From Chlorokybus atmophyticus (taxonomy: Eukaryota > Plantae > Mesostigma and Chlorokybus algae): 64,000 nt of DNA. Of the stretch, positions 1 through 12,201 are shown one piece after another. Numbering within the stretch: the stretch's first letter is position 1; every line of letters begins with the position of its first letter. A program made the position numbers and the translations under genes. Under the pieces are notes generated by a model, which saw only the letters and a list, made by a program, of their open reading frames with translations, had not been told where the DNA came from and did no database searches. The stretch lies in NCBI GenBank assembly GCA_009103225.1, contig RHPI01002048.1:1079906-1143905 (forward strand). The letters run 5' to 3'.

Positions 1-205
1 ACGCGCAGCGTACAATACTGGCGTGACGTGCAGCTGGCAATGATTGGGGATCAGCGATCTCAAACTTGCATTGCCACCGTGGCAGTGCCACGTGGCGAGC
101 GACTGTTGTGCTAGAGGGTTGTTCAGGCTGCGGCGGCGGTGGAGAGGGTGAAGGACGAGGAGGCGGAGGCGGAGGAGGCAAGGGACGCTAAAAGAGTGGC
201 AAGAG

Positions 206-1475
206 ATGGCTGGTGAGGTGGAGCTGTATGCCTCATGGTTTTGCCCCTTCGTGCAGAGAGCGTGGATCGCTTTGGAGGAGAAAAAGGCGCCGTACAAGGC
301 AAGTAGTAGGCATGCATGGCGTTGTATTCTGCAATGAAAGTTGCGCTGTTTGCACTATTTCTAAAACTGCCTGCACAGCGCAGCATGCATGGTGAGCTTG
401 GATCCTGCTGGCCAACTTCAGGATCACCTGTCGATGTGGTCGCACAGACGCATGCATGGTGAACGCTTGCATGAGTAAAAAGTAGCCAGAAAAGAATGCC
501 CACTNGACTTGCGCTCCTTCTTCAAGCGGCGGTGGGCGCTCTTGCTCAGCTGCTCGCCTGCTCCATCGTCAGAGAACTCCTCGGTGCCAGGGAAACCTAG
601 CCCGGGACCACGCTTAGGCACAGCTGCCACCTCTTCCCCTTCCCCCCCGGTCCCCTTCCCCGCCTTCCGCAAGTTAATGTGTATGATCGTCATGCTTCCT
701 TTGCAGTTTTTGCTGCTAACGAATAGTGGCTCACCTGAATGGCTCTGTAGCCGGTCGGCAAAAGCACACATTGCAGACGCATGATAAGTTGTTGACCTTG
801 AGTGCGTGTGTCACTTTTTCTGCTGTTGTCCTTGCGCAGTACATAGAAGTGGACCCATACGCAAAGCCCCCGGAGCTGATGCGCGTGAACCCGCGCGGGT
901 TGGTTCCGGCACTTGTAGACGATGGGCGGTGCCTGTACGAGTCCATGGTGCTGATGGAGTACGCTGATGAGAAGTGGGGTGATACTGACCTGCTCCCTTG
1001 CGATGACCCGTATCTGCGGGCCATCGGTCGCATCTGGATGGACCACATCAACAAGAAGGTGGTCCCACACTTCTACCAGCTGCTGCAGAGACAGGACGAG
1101 GACGGGCGCACGGAGGCGGCCGCGGACCTGCTCAAGGGCCTGAAGGAGCTGTTCAGGGCTTACGAGGATCTCGGGTCAGGCAGTGGGCCTTTCTTTTACG
1201 GGAGGGACCGGCTCAGCATGGTGGACATGTGCGTCCTGCCGTGGGCCATCCGCTTCTCCATCCTTAAGCACTATCGCGGGTTTGAGGTGCCGAGGGACGG
1301 CTCACCCGAGTTCGAACGGTTTCATTGGTGGTTGGATGCTGCGTTGCAACAAGCAAGCGTGCGAGCCACGCTGCAAGATGAAGGCAGGCTTAGAGAGAGT
1401 TACCAGCGCTATGCAGACAATAAAGCGGGGTCTGAAGTGTCGCGCGCCATCAATGCTGGGAAAGCTTTGCCTTGA
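206..1475 (+). CDS. Cys-type glutathione S-transferase (Omega/Lambda/DHAR-like), 2 exons: 206-298, 840-1475
   Basis: Exon 1 translates MAGEVELYASWFCPFVQRAWIALEEKKAPYK (CPF active-site motif). It splices in frame to YIEVDPYAKPPELMRVNPRGLVPAL... with a GST C-terminal helical domain (SMVDMCVLPW). The intron donor is GC (gcaagt at 299) and the acceptor is cag at 837-839. Confidence 0.9.
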
Positions 1476-2784
1476 GTAAGCCATGCGTTGCACTCAAGGG
1501 AGCGCTGTTGTGTAGTGTGATATGTACAGTACTCATCATGTGTATGTAGAGTGGCATGTTTTTGATGGTATGCGCTTGCATGGGCCAGAGGGGGCGCTCT
1601 GGCCAAAACGGTATGTGCTAGACTGGCTGGTTTGCCTGTTTGGGTTAGCCGGCTGCCGACCATCATGGAAAGAGGAGCAGCTACCATGGTTAGGCGCCTG
1701 TGCCATCCACCAACCATGGAGGCAGACACTGTCCAAGCGACAGTGTAGTGGATCGATGAGGTGGTGCACATGCATGAACAACATGTACAAAAGATGCAAG
1801 AGGGAATCCGTACACGCAAATCTTTGTACAAACAATGCTAACCGGCAATGCGCATGCATGGTGACATGCACAGTCAGCAGCATGCAGAGACACAACGCAT
1901 ACCAACCACACTGTTGTCAAGGTAACCACCGGGTTCATTCACTACCTAACCCATTACTCTACCCCTATTACCCCGTTAGCCTTTTGTGCACATGCAATCT
2001 TGCTAGTGTCCCGTTGGTGTTGTTGCATATGTAACGTTACAAATACCATCAACACTCACCAACTCGACCTTCGGGTTCAGGCGCCTACATGCTGCCGCTG
2101 ATGTCACTGGGGGCCCCTCGGTTTGACCTGATGCTACCTTGACTATCGCTCATGCTACCACTACTGCCCCCCTGTCAGACATGCATGGCAAATGCAGTCA
2201 CCTGTACCGTGGCTGTGGTTAGCGATCGGTTTCCATAGCATCAGCGGCAGCAAGAATACCAACAAGACTCCTCAGCCCTCCACAGCGCCTCTGCCACCCA
2301 CTCCCTGCTTGCTACAATGCAGCGCCGGCGCCACCATCGCTGCCGGTAGGTTAATGTGCTCGCGCTGAGCCCAACCGTATATATATGCAGGTATGCTACA
2401 GTCTTTGCATATACATATACGCCGAGTGCGTTATGTGTGGGTCATTTGATGCAAGTGCTGGCGGTGGGACAGTGTGTAAGGCTGTGTAATGTGTGCATAT
2501 ACAGTCAATGAGGAAGGCACTTGTGATAGTGAACGTGATGCACTGCGCCCCAGCTTTTATATACTGTACGTGGTAGACATTTTGTTTGCTTCGACTAGTG
2601 ACACCAGCTTTTTGGCCTTCCATGTCACCCTAATACATGAGGTGCTGTAATCAATGCAACCTATCTACCTAGCGGCATTTTGGTAGCAGGTTGTGCGGTG
2701 CATGCACGCCATGCCAGCTGTTTGATTGCAAGTGTGAGATGCAGACAAATGACACCAAGGCCAATGCCCTCTGGTAAGCATGGC

Positions 2785-5700
2785 TCACGTCCTTTTTCTG
2801 CCCTTGCCTCGACTGCCACCACCCCTGCCAGCACCGCGGCCAGCACCCTTACCACCTCTAGCACCGCCTCTACCTCCTCGCACAGCCGCTGTCATGCGCA
2901 TCTTGCGGATCTGGTCTGCATTGCGCAGCTCGCCCTTGCCGCCCCTTCCAGCCTTGCCGCCCCTTCCAACCTTGCCGCCTCTCTGTCCAACCTTGCCGCC
3001 CATTTGTCCGGCCTTGCCGCCCCTCTGACCTGGCGGGCCCTGTTTGCCGCCCCTGTGCTTGAAGTTGGGTCGCCCCACAGCACCCGCACGCGGTCGAGCA
3101 TCCGCATCGTCAACCTCTCCCGCTGTAGCAACCTTCTTGTGCGTGCGTTGTCGCCACTTCTGATACAGCCCCGTGTTCGTGGAGCCGGTTTTCGCCCCGC
3201 TCTCGTTGCGCACTTGCACCTTGCCGCCCTTCTTAACCACTTCAGAGCCCGGCGCGACCCTGATGTACTTCTTCTTGCGGGTGTCCCAATGGTACGTGGC
3301 TCGCTTCTTTGCGGCACCGGCAGCGTCATCGGGAACCAGATCCAACACCATGTCCTCTATCTGCTCTGCTCCAGCAGCATCACCTGCACCTCCTCTTGGA
3401 GTCAAGCCAAGCTCTTTCTCCACGAGCATGCTGCTGCTCGGCACACCACTGATGAAGAACGTGTCATCCTTGAAACTGGTCTGCCGCCTCTTTTTTGTTG
3501 AGGGCATATTGGTTTCACTCCCGCGTCTCTTCCTGCTCGGGGTGTCCACATCCGGCGCAGAGCCCGAGGTGGAAGGCATGTCAGCCTCCTTCTCACCGTC
3601 CAAGTCTGCGCTGCGGTTTTCTGGCTGCGCATGTACAGCTGAGATGATGTTGGCATGCGCCTGGCGCTTCTGTTTCATCACCGTGGCCTGGAGCAGCCTC
3701 CTCTTAGAGCCGACGGACGCTATGCCCGCTTCAAAGACTGTCTGCTGGGGACGAAAAGACTTCAGCTGAGCCGCGAAGTCCAACGCAGCAGTGCCATCAC
3801 CGACACGCTCGCGAAACAGCGGGTGCAGGAGGGCGCGTGGCAAAGTGCGTGCGCGCTGCGCCGATTCGCTTGAAGCTGGCGGCCTGGACTTGCAGTAGAG
3901 CTTGTACGCACGCTCGGTCACTGTGGTCATGGCTGCAACATCAGAGTTGGAGGCAACAACTTCCCGAACACGTTCCATGCCAGAGTCGAGGGCCGACTGC
4001 AGAAAGCCACCATATATACTCGTGCCAGGATCCACGGCCTCGCCTTCGCTTGGTGCGGGCTTCAATGGCCGCGACAAGAACAGATGCAGATCGATGAGAA
4101 ACGCCATCTCATCAACATTGACAAGCGAGTATGCTGTGCCCTTTCGGCCGGCACGCGCCGCACGCCCCACCCGATGAACAAAGAGCTTTGGTTTGGGAGG
4201 AAAGTCATAGTTGATAACATTGTCCAAGAGCGGTATGTCAATACCTCTGGCAGCAACGTCTGTAACGATGAGCAGCATGACCTTGCGAGCACGGAACTTT
4301 GCGATGTGTATCTTGCGGGCCGTTTGATCCATGGTGCCGTACACCACTGCGGCCTCCAAGTGTTGGGCCGCCAACAGCTGTTGCAAGTACTCCACGTGAT
4401 GCCGAGTCGCCGTGAAAATGATGGTCTGCTGATCTGATGGAATGACTTCCTCCAAAAGATGCAGCAATGCCGCGGGTTTCTCGTGCTCGCGCACCGTGAA
4501 GAACTGCATCTGTAGATCGGCGCTAATCTTCTTCTCGATGTCTAGCCGCACCAGCTGTGGATCTCTCAGGCCGGCACGTGCAAAGTCTGCCAGCAGTCTT
4601 GGCATTGTGGCACTGAACAGCAACGTCTGTATGCAACGCCACAAGCGTAGTCAGGGGTAAAGAACAAACTGTGTTTGCGTGTGTAGCATGCATCTGCCCA
4701 AGCACAATGCAAGCTTACCTGCCTGGTCTCAGACATCTTGGCCAATATTTGTTGAAGTTGATCAGCAAATCCCATCTCGAACAGACGATCTGCCTGGCAA
4801 AACGACCTTACTTTAGCTGACAACATTATCGCTTTGTGTGTACCGTGTGTTATATTGTTAGATTGTATTGAAAGATGATGCAATGGGCGTACCCACCTCA
4901 TCAAAGACGGCGTACTCCACAGCTCGCAAGTTCATGCCTTCAACCTCTGAAAGATGATGCATGAGCCGACCTGGCGTGGCGATCAGCACATCTGGATTCT
5001 GCGCGAGCGCCTCAAACTGCACAGACACGGCAGAAAGATGGCAGTCGGCACACGCAATTCGGAGATGCTTGCTTCTTCAGAATTGCATACCTGCGCTTCC
5101 ATGCTGTCTCCACCAACAAGCACAGCCACCTTGATGTCCGTGTAGCGACCGAGTTCTTTGGCAAACTGGACGCCAACCACATAAGCTACATTATAGTTCT
5201 TAACGCATGCAGTCAACAGACCACTACAACGTTATGTAGAAAACTCATGCTGCGATTATGAGTACACAGCACTGCACAAGCCTCACCTTGTAGGTCTGCA
5301 GCGCCAGCTCTCTGGTAGGGGACAGGATGACGGCCCGTGCCCCAGCTGACCGCGAGTGTTCCCTCAACTTCTCCAACATAGGGATCAGAAACGCTGCAAT
5401 GCAGAAGGAGTCACAAACCATGCTGTGAGGTGGTCAAAATGATTAACTATCCCGTTGGGTAACCCACAAGCTTGGCCGGGACAAAACTATACCCGGACAC
5501 ATACTTGAAACTATGTGAGGAGCGACAAGTACCTGCACGAGCGCGTGAACTCACAGCGTATATGGCGATGAAAGAAACAGCACACATACGCTACCTACAT
5601 GCAATCAAGCATTTGACCACAGGCAGGTGTTGAGTTCGGCTTCGTGTTATACTGGTATGCCACACTACAATTCTATAAATACCTGCAGTCTTCCCCGACC

Positions 5701-6544
5701 CTGTCCTTGCCATAGCCACCAGATCATGCCCCGCCAGAATGAGAGGCAAAGTCTTGCGCTGCGCACAGGTTGCTCATGTTCAGTGATGTGAATGGAGGTG
5801 GATGAAGCACTACCTCCTGGCTCATTTCATCACATGCAGAGCAGTAGCGCTGTTGTTACGCCTGTGTTTGCAGCACGTACCTGTATTGGTGTGGGGACAC
5901 GGTACCCCTTGCGTTTGACGCCCCGAAACACATTGGAACTGAAAGGTGGAGACGTGATTAGTAGTAGCCCGGAATGGAAGGTTGCCATTGCAGGATGCTA
6001 GGTCGGAAAACACAGCATAGAGACAAGATATTCATGCACACGACCACTAACAGTTAGGTATGTTCCGTAATCAACAAGACGACTAGTGAGTATCATACTC
6101 GGCGAAGCATGCGAATGCGTCACATGCACTATCCTGCAGACAGGCACGGCGGGACGGTATGCATATCTTGAGTAGCTGTAATGGGAGTGGAATATAGCAC
6201 AGATAGAAACCAAACGTAAACGACCCTTAACTATCCAGTTCAAATAATAACAAATGATAACAACACGAGCATGCAATGCACCATATGCATTTTTCAAAAA
6301 GGCAACAAGGCACAACTGTTGCACGATCAGTGGCTTACCTCAGTCCAAGCGACTCGAAGCCCCCAGACTTGGACTTGCGCTCCTTCTTCAAGCGGCGGTG
6401 GGCGCTCTTGCTCAGCTGCTCGCCTGCTCCATCGTCAGAGAACTCCTCGGTGCCAGGGAAACCTAGCCCGGGACCACGCTTAGGCACAGCTGCCACCTCT
6501 TCCCCTTCATCCTCCGTGTCCGTGGCTCCGCCCCAGTCCGCCAT
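2785..6544 (-). CDS. DDX54: DEAD-box RNA helicase DDX54/DBP10, 8 exons (6544-6339, 5938-5881, 5758-5683, 5393-5287, 5165-5091, 5016-4897, 4793-4719, 4626-2785)
   Basis: The spliced translation gives Q-motif [35 protein letters not shown] (FDE|ADR), [14 protein letters not shown] and HRVGRAAR. These are followed by the DBP10 C-terminal [10 protein letters not shown] and LYQKW motifs and an RGG tail. All introns are GT-AG with consistent phases. Confidence 0.95.
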
Positions 6545-7174
6545 GCTGGCCGCCGCCGCCGCCACCGCGGACGCTGCTAACCTGATCCCAACCCTAATTC
6601 CGAGAAAAGATATCTTTCTCGTCTGGCGTATCAACTGCAAGCCGCACGTGATATCGCGCTGAGGCTGTCACAGCAAAATGCAGCAGCGGCGGCGGCGGTG
6701 GTGGTGTTAGGCCTGGTGGCGTCGACTTCGTGTGGGTGGTAGTCAGGAGGGTTCGCTATTTGGGTGCACTTGGCTGCATGTTGTGCCGAAGTAGTTGCTG
6801 GCAGGCCTAATTGGTGAGCTCACCACCTGCTTGCATGCGTGTATGGGCCTGGCGTGCTGCAAGGCATATCTCGCTCTCTCCCTTTGTTTGTCGCTCTCAC
6901 AGTCACAATCACTACCAGTTAAGTGTATCTTGCGGTTTCGTGCGAGGGTCAGTCGCTACAACGGTCGCAGTACACCAACAGAGACAGCACGCACACGCAC
7001 ACGCACCGCTAACGTTTCTTTGACTTTGCCCTTAATATCCGCGAGCCATATGGCCTTAAGCACAAAATCTCTCTCACTTTCACACAGAGTCGTATTGATA
7101 ACCATCAGCGTCATTGCAACGCAGTTGGGTTGCTATGTTTCACATCTCACTACTGTCAGACTGTGTGCAAGGAC

Positions 7175-8518
7175 ATGGGAAACTTGCGGCAGCGCAAGGC
7201 AAAGCGTAAGTGGCGCGAGGGACAACCCAAGCCAGGCAACGCTCAGACAAAACCTGAGAAAGACAAAGAGGGTAGCCAGAGTCTGCAAGCGCGAAAAGAG
7301 ATCAAGAAGCAGAAGAAGCCATTGATTGGCCGAAAGACGCAGGCTGTTGTGAAGTATGCAGCTAGGAGCCAACAGCAAGGGGCTTACAACAAGTAAGGAG
7401 ACAAGCGCTTGTTTGGGGATGTGTGATTATGTGTTGTGTGGATAGCTGGCTGCTACCAACCTTGATGGCATCATTGTCATTTGTGTGATGTGTCAGTCGG
7501 GACGCATAGCTTTGTTGCAGCGCAAGTTGGGTATACGGTAGGTGAGGAGCATGCTTTTGCCATTATGTTACTGGCCTTGTATTAGGGAAAACCAATCCAA
7601 AGTGGACGGTGTTGGCGCAAGTGTGTACCTCGCACTGCATTCACACAATGAAGCCATGCGCGTGTTGCCTCTGTGCGCGTGCGCGCGCGCGTGCGTGCAG
7701 GAGAGACATCTCACCATTTGCATCGTCTGCAGGAACATCCTGTGCTTTAAATGCCGCGAATATGGCCACTCGCTGGTAAAGTGTCCTCAGTTGCGTGCAA
7801 GCAAGGAAGAAGTGACGCGGCAGACTCGGCTGTGTTACAACTGCGGGGCGCTCAATCACGCCCTCCGTGACTGCCCGGACCCCATTGTTGAGGGTGTGTA
7901 GCCAGCCAATGTCACAACGGTCGTTTGTGTTGGAACTTGTGTGTGACTGTTGGAGCAACTGGCAGGCGGAACGAAGTACGCCACGTGCTTCGTGTGCAAT
8001 TCACAGGGCCACCTGAGCGCCAGGTGCCCGAAGAGTCAACACGGCATCTACCCCAAGGTTGGTCACATATTGTGATGTGTTATGCGGTGAATCACTTCAA
8101 GGAGGATGAGGATGCTATGATGAGATGTTCATCATGTTCTGGATCAAGGACTGCTATGATAACGCGGCAGGGAGGGTCTTGTAAAGTGTGTGGGCAAGTG
8201 ACTCATCTCGCCAAAGATTGCCCAAGCAAGCAGCAGCAGCAGCGGATGAACACCAACGGTGAGTTGGTGGCTGTTATTGTGTGGGGTGTATAAAAGATTG
8301 TCTGCCCATATGATGTGTGGCTTGCAGGCAGAGCACCGTCAAGAGCTGCAAGTATGGCGGCTCCACAAGGGAAGCGCACCGTTTTCAGTAGTGGGGATGA
8401 CCTTAACGATGACTTTGCGCAAGCACCTGAACAGGTTGACGCGCCTGCGTCAGAACCCAAGTCCACAACGCAGAGCAAGGAACCTACGGCAAAAAGGACT
8501 AAAGTTGTGCAATTTTGA
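7175..8518 (+). CDS. ZCCHC9: ZCCHC9-like zinc-knuckle (4x CCHC) protein, 5 exons (7175-7392, 7733-7893, 7966-8057, 8171-8258, 8328-8518)
   Basis: Basic N-terminus, then CFKCREYGHSLVKC, CYNCGALNHALRDC, CFVCNSQGHLSARC...GIYPK|GGSCKVCGQVTHLAKDC and a GDDLNDDF motif. Splice phases are consistent. Confidence 0.8.
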
Positions 8519-9122
8519 GAAATCTGTATTATAGGTCATTGCGTCTTTGTTTTAATATGGTGTTGTCGTGTGCTTTCATGGCAGCAGCTTATTTGCAGTC
8601 CACCACTTGCATGGTTTCAAGGGTATTGTGGAACACAGCCAGCAATTGCAGTGGTAGCTGATCATTGTGACACATTTTGCACGATGACAGGCTGCATTGC
8701 CACATGCAATACAGTGGTCATTGCACGGAGTGGTGTTCGAAATCCTTGTCATATACAAAAAACTTTTGGCCACATGTGTCCATTGCATGCATACTTGAGA
8801 AGGAACCGGAATGTTGTGAGTGTTGCCAACACTGCCCTTGGTGGATTCAGGCATTCAGCGGCAAGTTGGTAGCCAATTTTTTCTTGGAGACTGGAAAAAC
8901 AAAGACCTCGTGTTGCAGAGTGTCTGCATACTGAAGGACCACCCCACCCACCCACCCCACCCCCGCGCAAACATGCCACGATGTCACATGCAGCTTTCAA
9001 AAAACTACAACAACACCCACACGTTTGCATACAATTGGTGTATTACCTTATTGGATATGTTGATGGACATTGACGGACAGACATTTGCATAGTATTGGTG
9101 TCAAACACCAACACTGACGCTA

Positions 9123-10068
9123 GGGTAAAGGCTCCCTATTTGGCCCAGTTTCGCGGTGTTAAGCATAGTAGCACGATAGCATCTACCGATTTTCGATATT
9201 GTATTATACCCATACCAACTTCCCAGCAGTACTTGATACGCGTATTCGGCGTATTCATTAGGGTCTGCCTCCTAAACTTCTTTAGCGCTGAAAAAGACTT
9301 TGAAGTACCGTTGCGCGCTACTATGAGCTCCTAATGGCGGTTTGAACGGCGGACAACGTCGCGGGCGCGGCCAGATGAAGTACAACGTTCTATAATCACT
9401 GTCATTTCGCTCTTTCGCTGCATAAATGCTGCATCTTGCGTGCACAATCATCATAACTGGGCGTATTGACTGTATTGAACCAATAGTAATATCTTATCGA
9501 TACCCGCATTAAACAGCAAACGTACTTGCTTGACGCTGTGGTTGGTATTTGGCGGAAAGTGTATATGTTTCTGATAGCCCTAAACTTAAGCTACGCGGCG
9601 GTAAACTTACTCTCACAAACGGATCAGTATCAAGAAAGTTACAGTGTGCCAAGATACGGGATATAAAGGGATCAGGCAAAAAAATGCGTTTTTCCTAACT
9701 GAGCTACTTTGAGTTTGATTCATGGTAACTGTTAATTGACCGCGTCATAACGCCCAAAATTTTGGCAGTATCTAGTTACCGTGCTCTTTCCAACAAACAA
9801 ACTTCTATTCAAGTTTCTTAAGTATTGCTGAAGTTATGATTGTATTGTTGAAGTCACGAGCGTTTCACTCTTGAGGGTAGCCGCCAAACCCTAATTGTGT
9901 TGTTTTAAATGCAATGTATTTTGAAGTTCTTTTTGTGGTAGATAGGCCTTGATGAGTACAGATTGACTACGAAAAAACACCGGCCCAAGCGCTTGCACCT
10001 GCTTGCAATTTTCGTAAAACCGTCATTGGCAAATTAAGGGCAGGTGGCCAACTAGGGAGCCCTTACCC
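9123..10068. mobile_element. Non-autonomous Tc1/mariner (pogo/Fot1-like) element / MITE, 946 bp
   Basis: TIRs GGGTAAAGGCTCCCTATTTGGCC (9123) and the reverse complement GGGTAAGGGCTCCCTAGTTGGCC (ending 10068), with TA on both sides. The interior is AT-rich and non-coding. The TIR start resembles that of the pogo element at 35886. Confidence 0.8.
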
Positions 10069-12201
10069 TACCCCAAAGCTGTACTCGGTGAAGTGCGACA
10101 GCACGACAGCAATGTCATGCGTCAGACGCATCGTAACATTCCCCGCTATTGGCGAATCTACGCCGTCAGATCGACACGGGCAGCTTCAATTCTGCAATCT
10201 GGCCCAGCACTTGGGCAAGCAAGTATGGCGGCAGGTTTGTAAGCGCTTTTGACATGCAATTCCGTTACGACTATACTTGAACAGGATCTGTTCTATAGTT
10301 CGTACACACTGTCTATGTTGACCAAACTAGACAGGCCTTCCAACCCGGAAGAAGACACAAAGGCTTCCGGCCCTGAGCGCGAATACCGCGCGGCGGAGCG
10401 CCTCGGCCGCAAGGCTAGGCACTCAGCTCCGCCGCTTGATGAACGTCCCGCCGCGCATCATTCCGCCGGCGGTGATGGGCCGGAAGCGTTCTGACGGGTT
10501 CCCACCCAACCACCACTTTTAGTGGCGGTCCCAACTTTGGGGTTTGTGCATGCCAACCGGCTTTCTTTGCCGAGTATGGCTAAACTAAAATAGTGAGAAG
10601 AACACCGTAGTGCCAGGGACTGGCGACGAACTGTTCATGCACGCCGCTGTTTGTCTATGTAATTGCTTCGTCCCTCCCCTCCAACGATGCCATGGCGTTG
10701 TCCGTTAACCTACATGTATAATGGCGACATGTATCCCCTCAAGAGAGGGGCTTATTGCAAGCTTGCGTTATACGACCATAACAATAACAATAATCGTTGA
10801 TCGGTATCATCAATGGATCCCACGCCGTTAGCAGTTCAACACGGTTAGCCTGCCAAGCAGCGTGATCAGTGATCACAAACTAGGTTAGCTCAGCCCGTCA
10901 CAGGTGTGACGGAAGCTTTCAATGCAGCAGGCGGCTGTGACTTTTTGGCCGGCTGGAAGTTTCCGCGCGTTCACTTGTTCAAAGTCTTTGAATACTTGGC
11001 GGTAACGAGACAGTGACAGCCCTTACGCAGGGCAGCGACAGTGGCTAGCAGAGAGAGAGAGGCGGCGGCGGCGGCGGTGGTCATGGACGGAGAGGTGTAG
11101 GCGGACAATATCCTGACTAGCATCGTCGTGTGAGCCCTCCACCTCCCTTCCAGAGCTCTGCATTTTGCACTGCAAGTAAGGTATGGGACCTTCCCTCCCC
11201 ACCGTGTGTGCTCAGCAACAGCGTGCGTGCTGGTGCTTGCTTGCGCGCATGGGTCAAGTAAAATGCTTAGACGAATTGTGCTTGCAGTGTGCACATGTTT
11301 GTAGTCTGTCTCAGTGTCTAAGCGTGTGTACATGCTTGTGCGTAGGTGCTTGGTGTCAGCAGCTCTAGGTTAGACATGTGGATGGTGCTGCTCTGTGCGC
11401 GTGTGTGTGTGTCAGTTCTTGTGTGCGTACGTACGTGCATAGGTGTGGTTGTGTCTGCACGTACGAGTGAGTGGGTTGGACAGTCATTGGTAAACGCATG
11501 TGTGGTCATGTGTATATGTATGTTGGTGTTTTGCGTGTGTACTTGCAGTTCTGTGTGCTTGTTTATTTGCCTATTAGTTGTGGGCTTGTTGGTGTTGTGT
11601 GTCGGTATTCTTTGCACTCTGTGCGTGCTCTGTGTTGTGTGCTTACAAGTCGCTGCTGCATGTGCGCATACATATATTTTTCTGTGCCTGCAGGCGGGTC
11701 GGCCAAAGAGTGACCTCACTCGCGTTGCACCCACTGTTGGGTGCAAGTCCCGCGCATTGCTTTGCAGCTTGGGAGCGCATTCTCCTGACCAGCTTGCAAG
11801 GACCACACTGGGCGTCATCCTCCAGTACGCCTCTCTTGCTTGTGCATGCTTTGATTGCTTACGCAGGTGTGTATAGTGTTGTGTTAATGTTGTGTTGCTA
11901 TGTAGCTATGTGTATGTCGTATTCATGCTGTATTAAGGTTGTCTTTATGTGTTTGCCGCTGCACTCTTGTGTGTTCATGCTGCTGTATGCGCGTGTTGAA
12001 GTTTGTGTGCGTGTGTCCGGGTTGTGTGTGTGCCCGTGTGTGTCTACCTTATCAGCGCGTATACAAGCGTGTGCACTTGCAGCTTGTGTGTCTGTTTGAT
12101 GTGTGCGTCTGTGCATGCCTGTGAGTCTGCTTTTGTGCATGTTTGCGTGTGCACTGGAGTGTGAGAATGTTGCTGAGAGCATGTTGCCTACTCTTGCAGG
12201 G

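Noticed and set aside
506-642. 137-bp apparently identical copy of DDX54 exon 1 sequence (6372-6508) inside the GST intron
   Set aside because: It starts immediately after a single N (505) and shows no visible divergence, so it is most likely a gap-filling or scaffolding artefact rather than gene-fragment capture.
11318-12124. Several Cys/Val-rich or His/Thr-rich ORFs
   Set aside because: They are products of GT/CA low-complexity intron-like sequence. One possible upstream Crypton exon (about 11694-11824) could not be confirmed.
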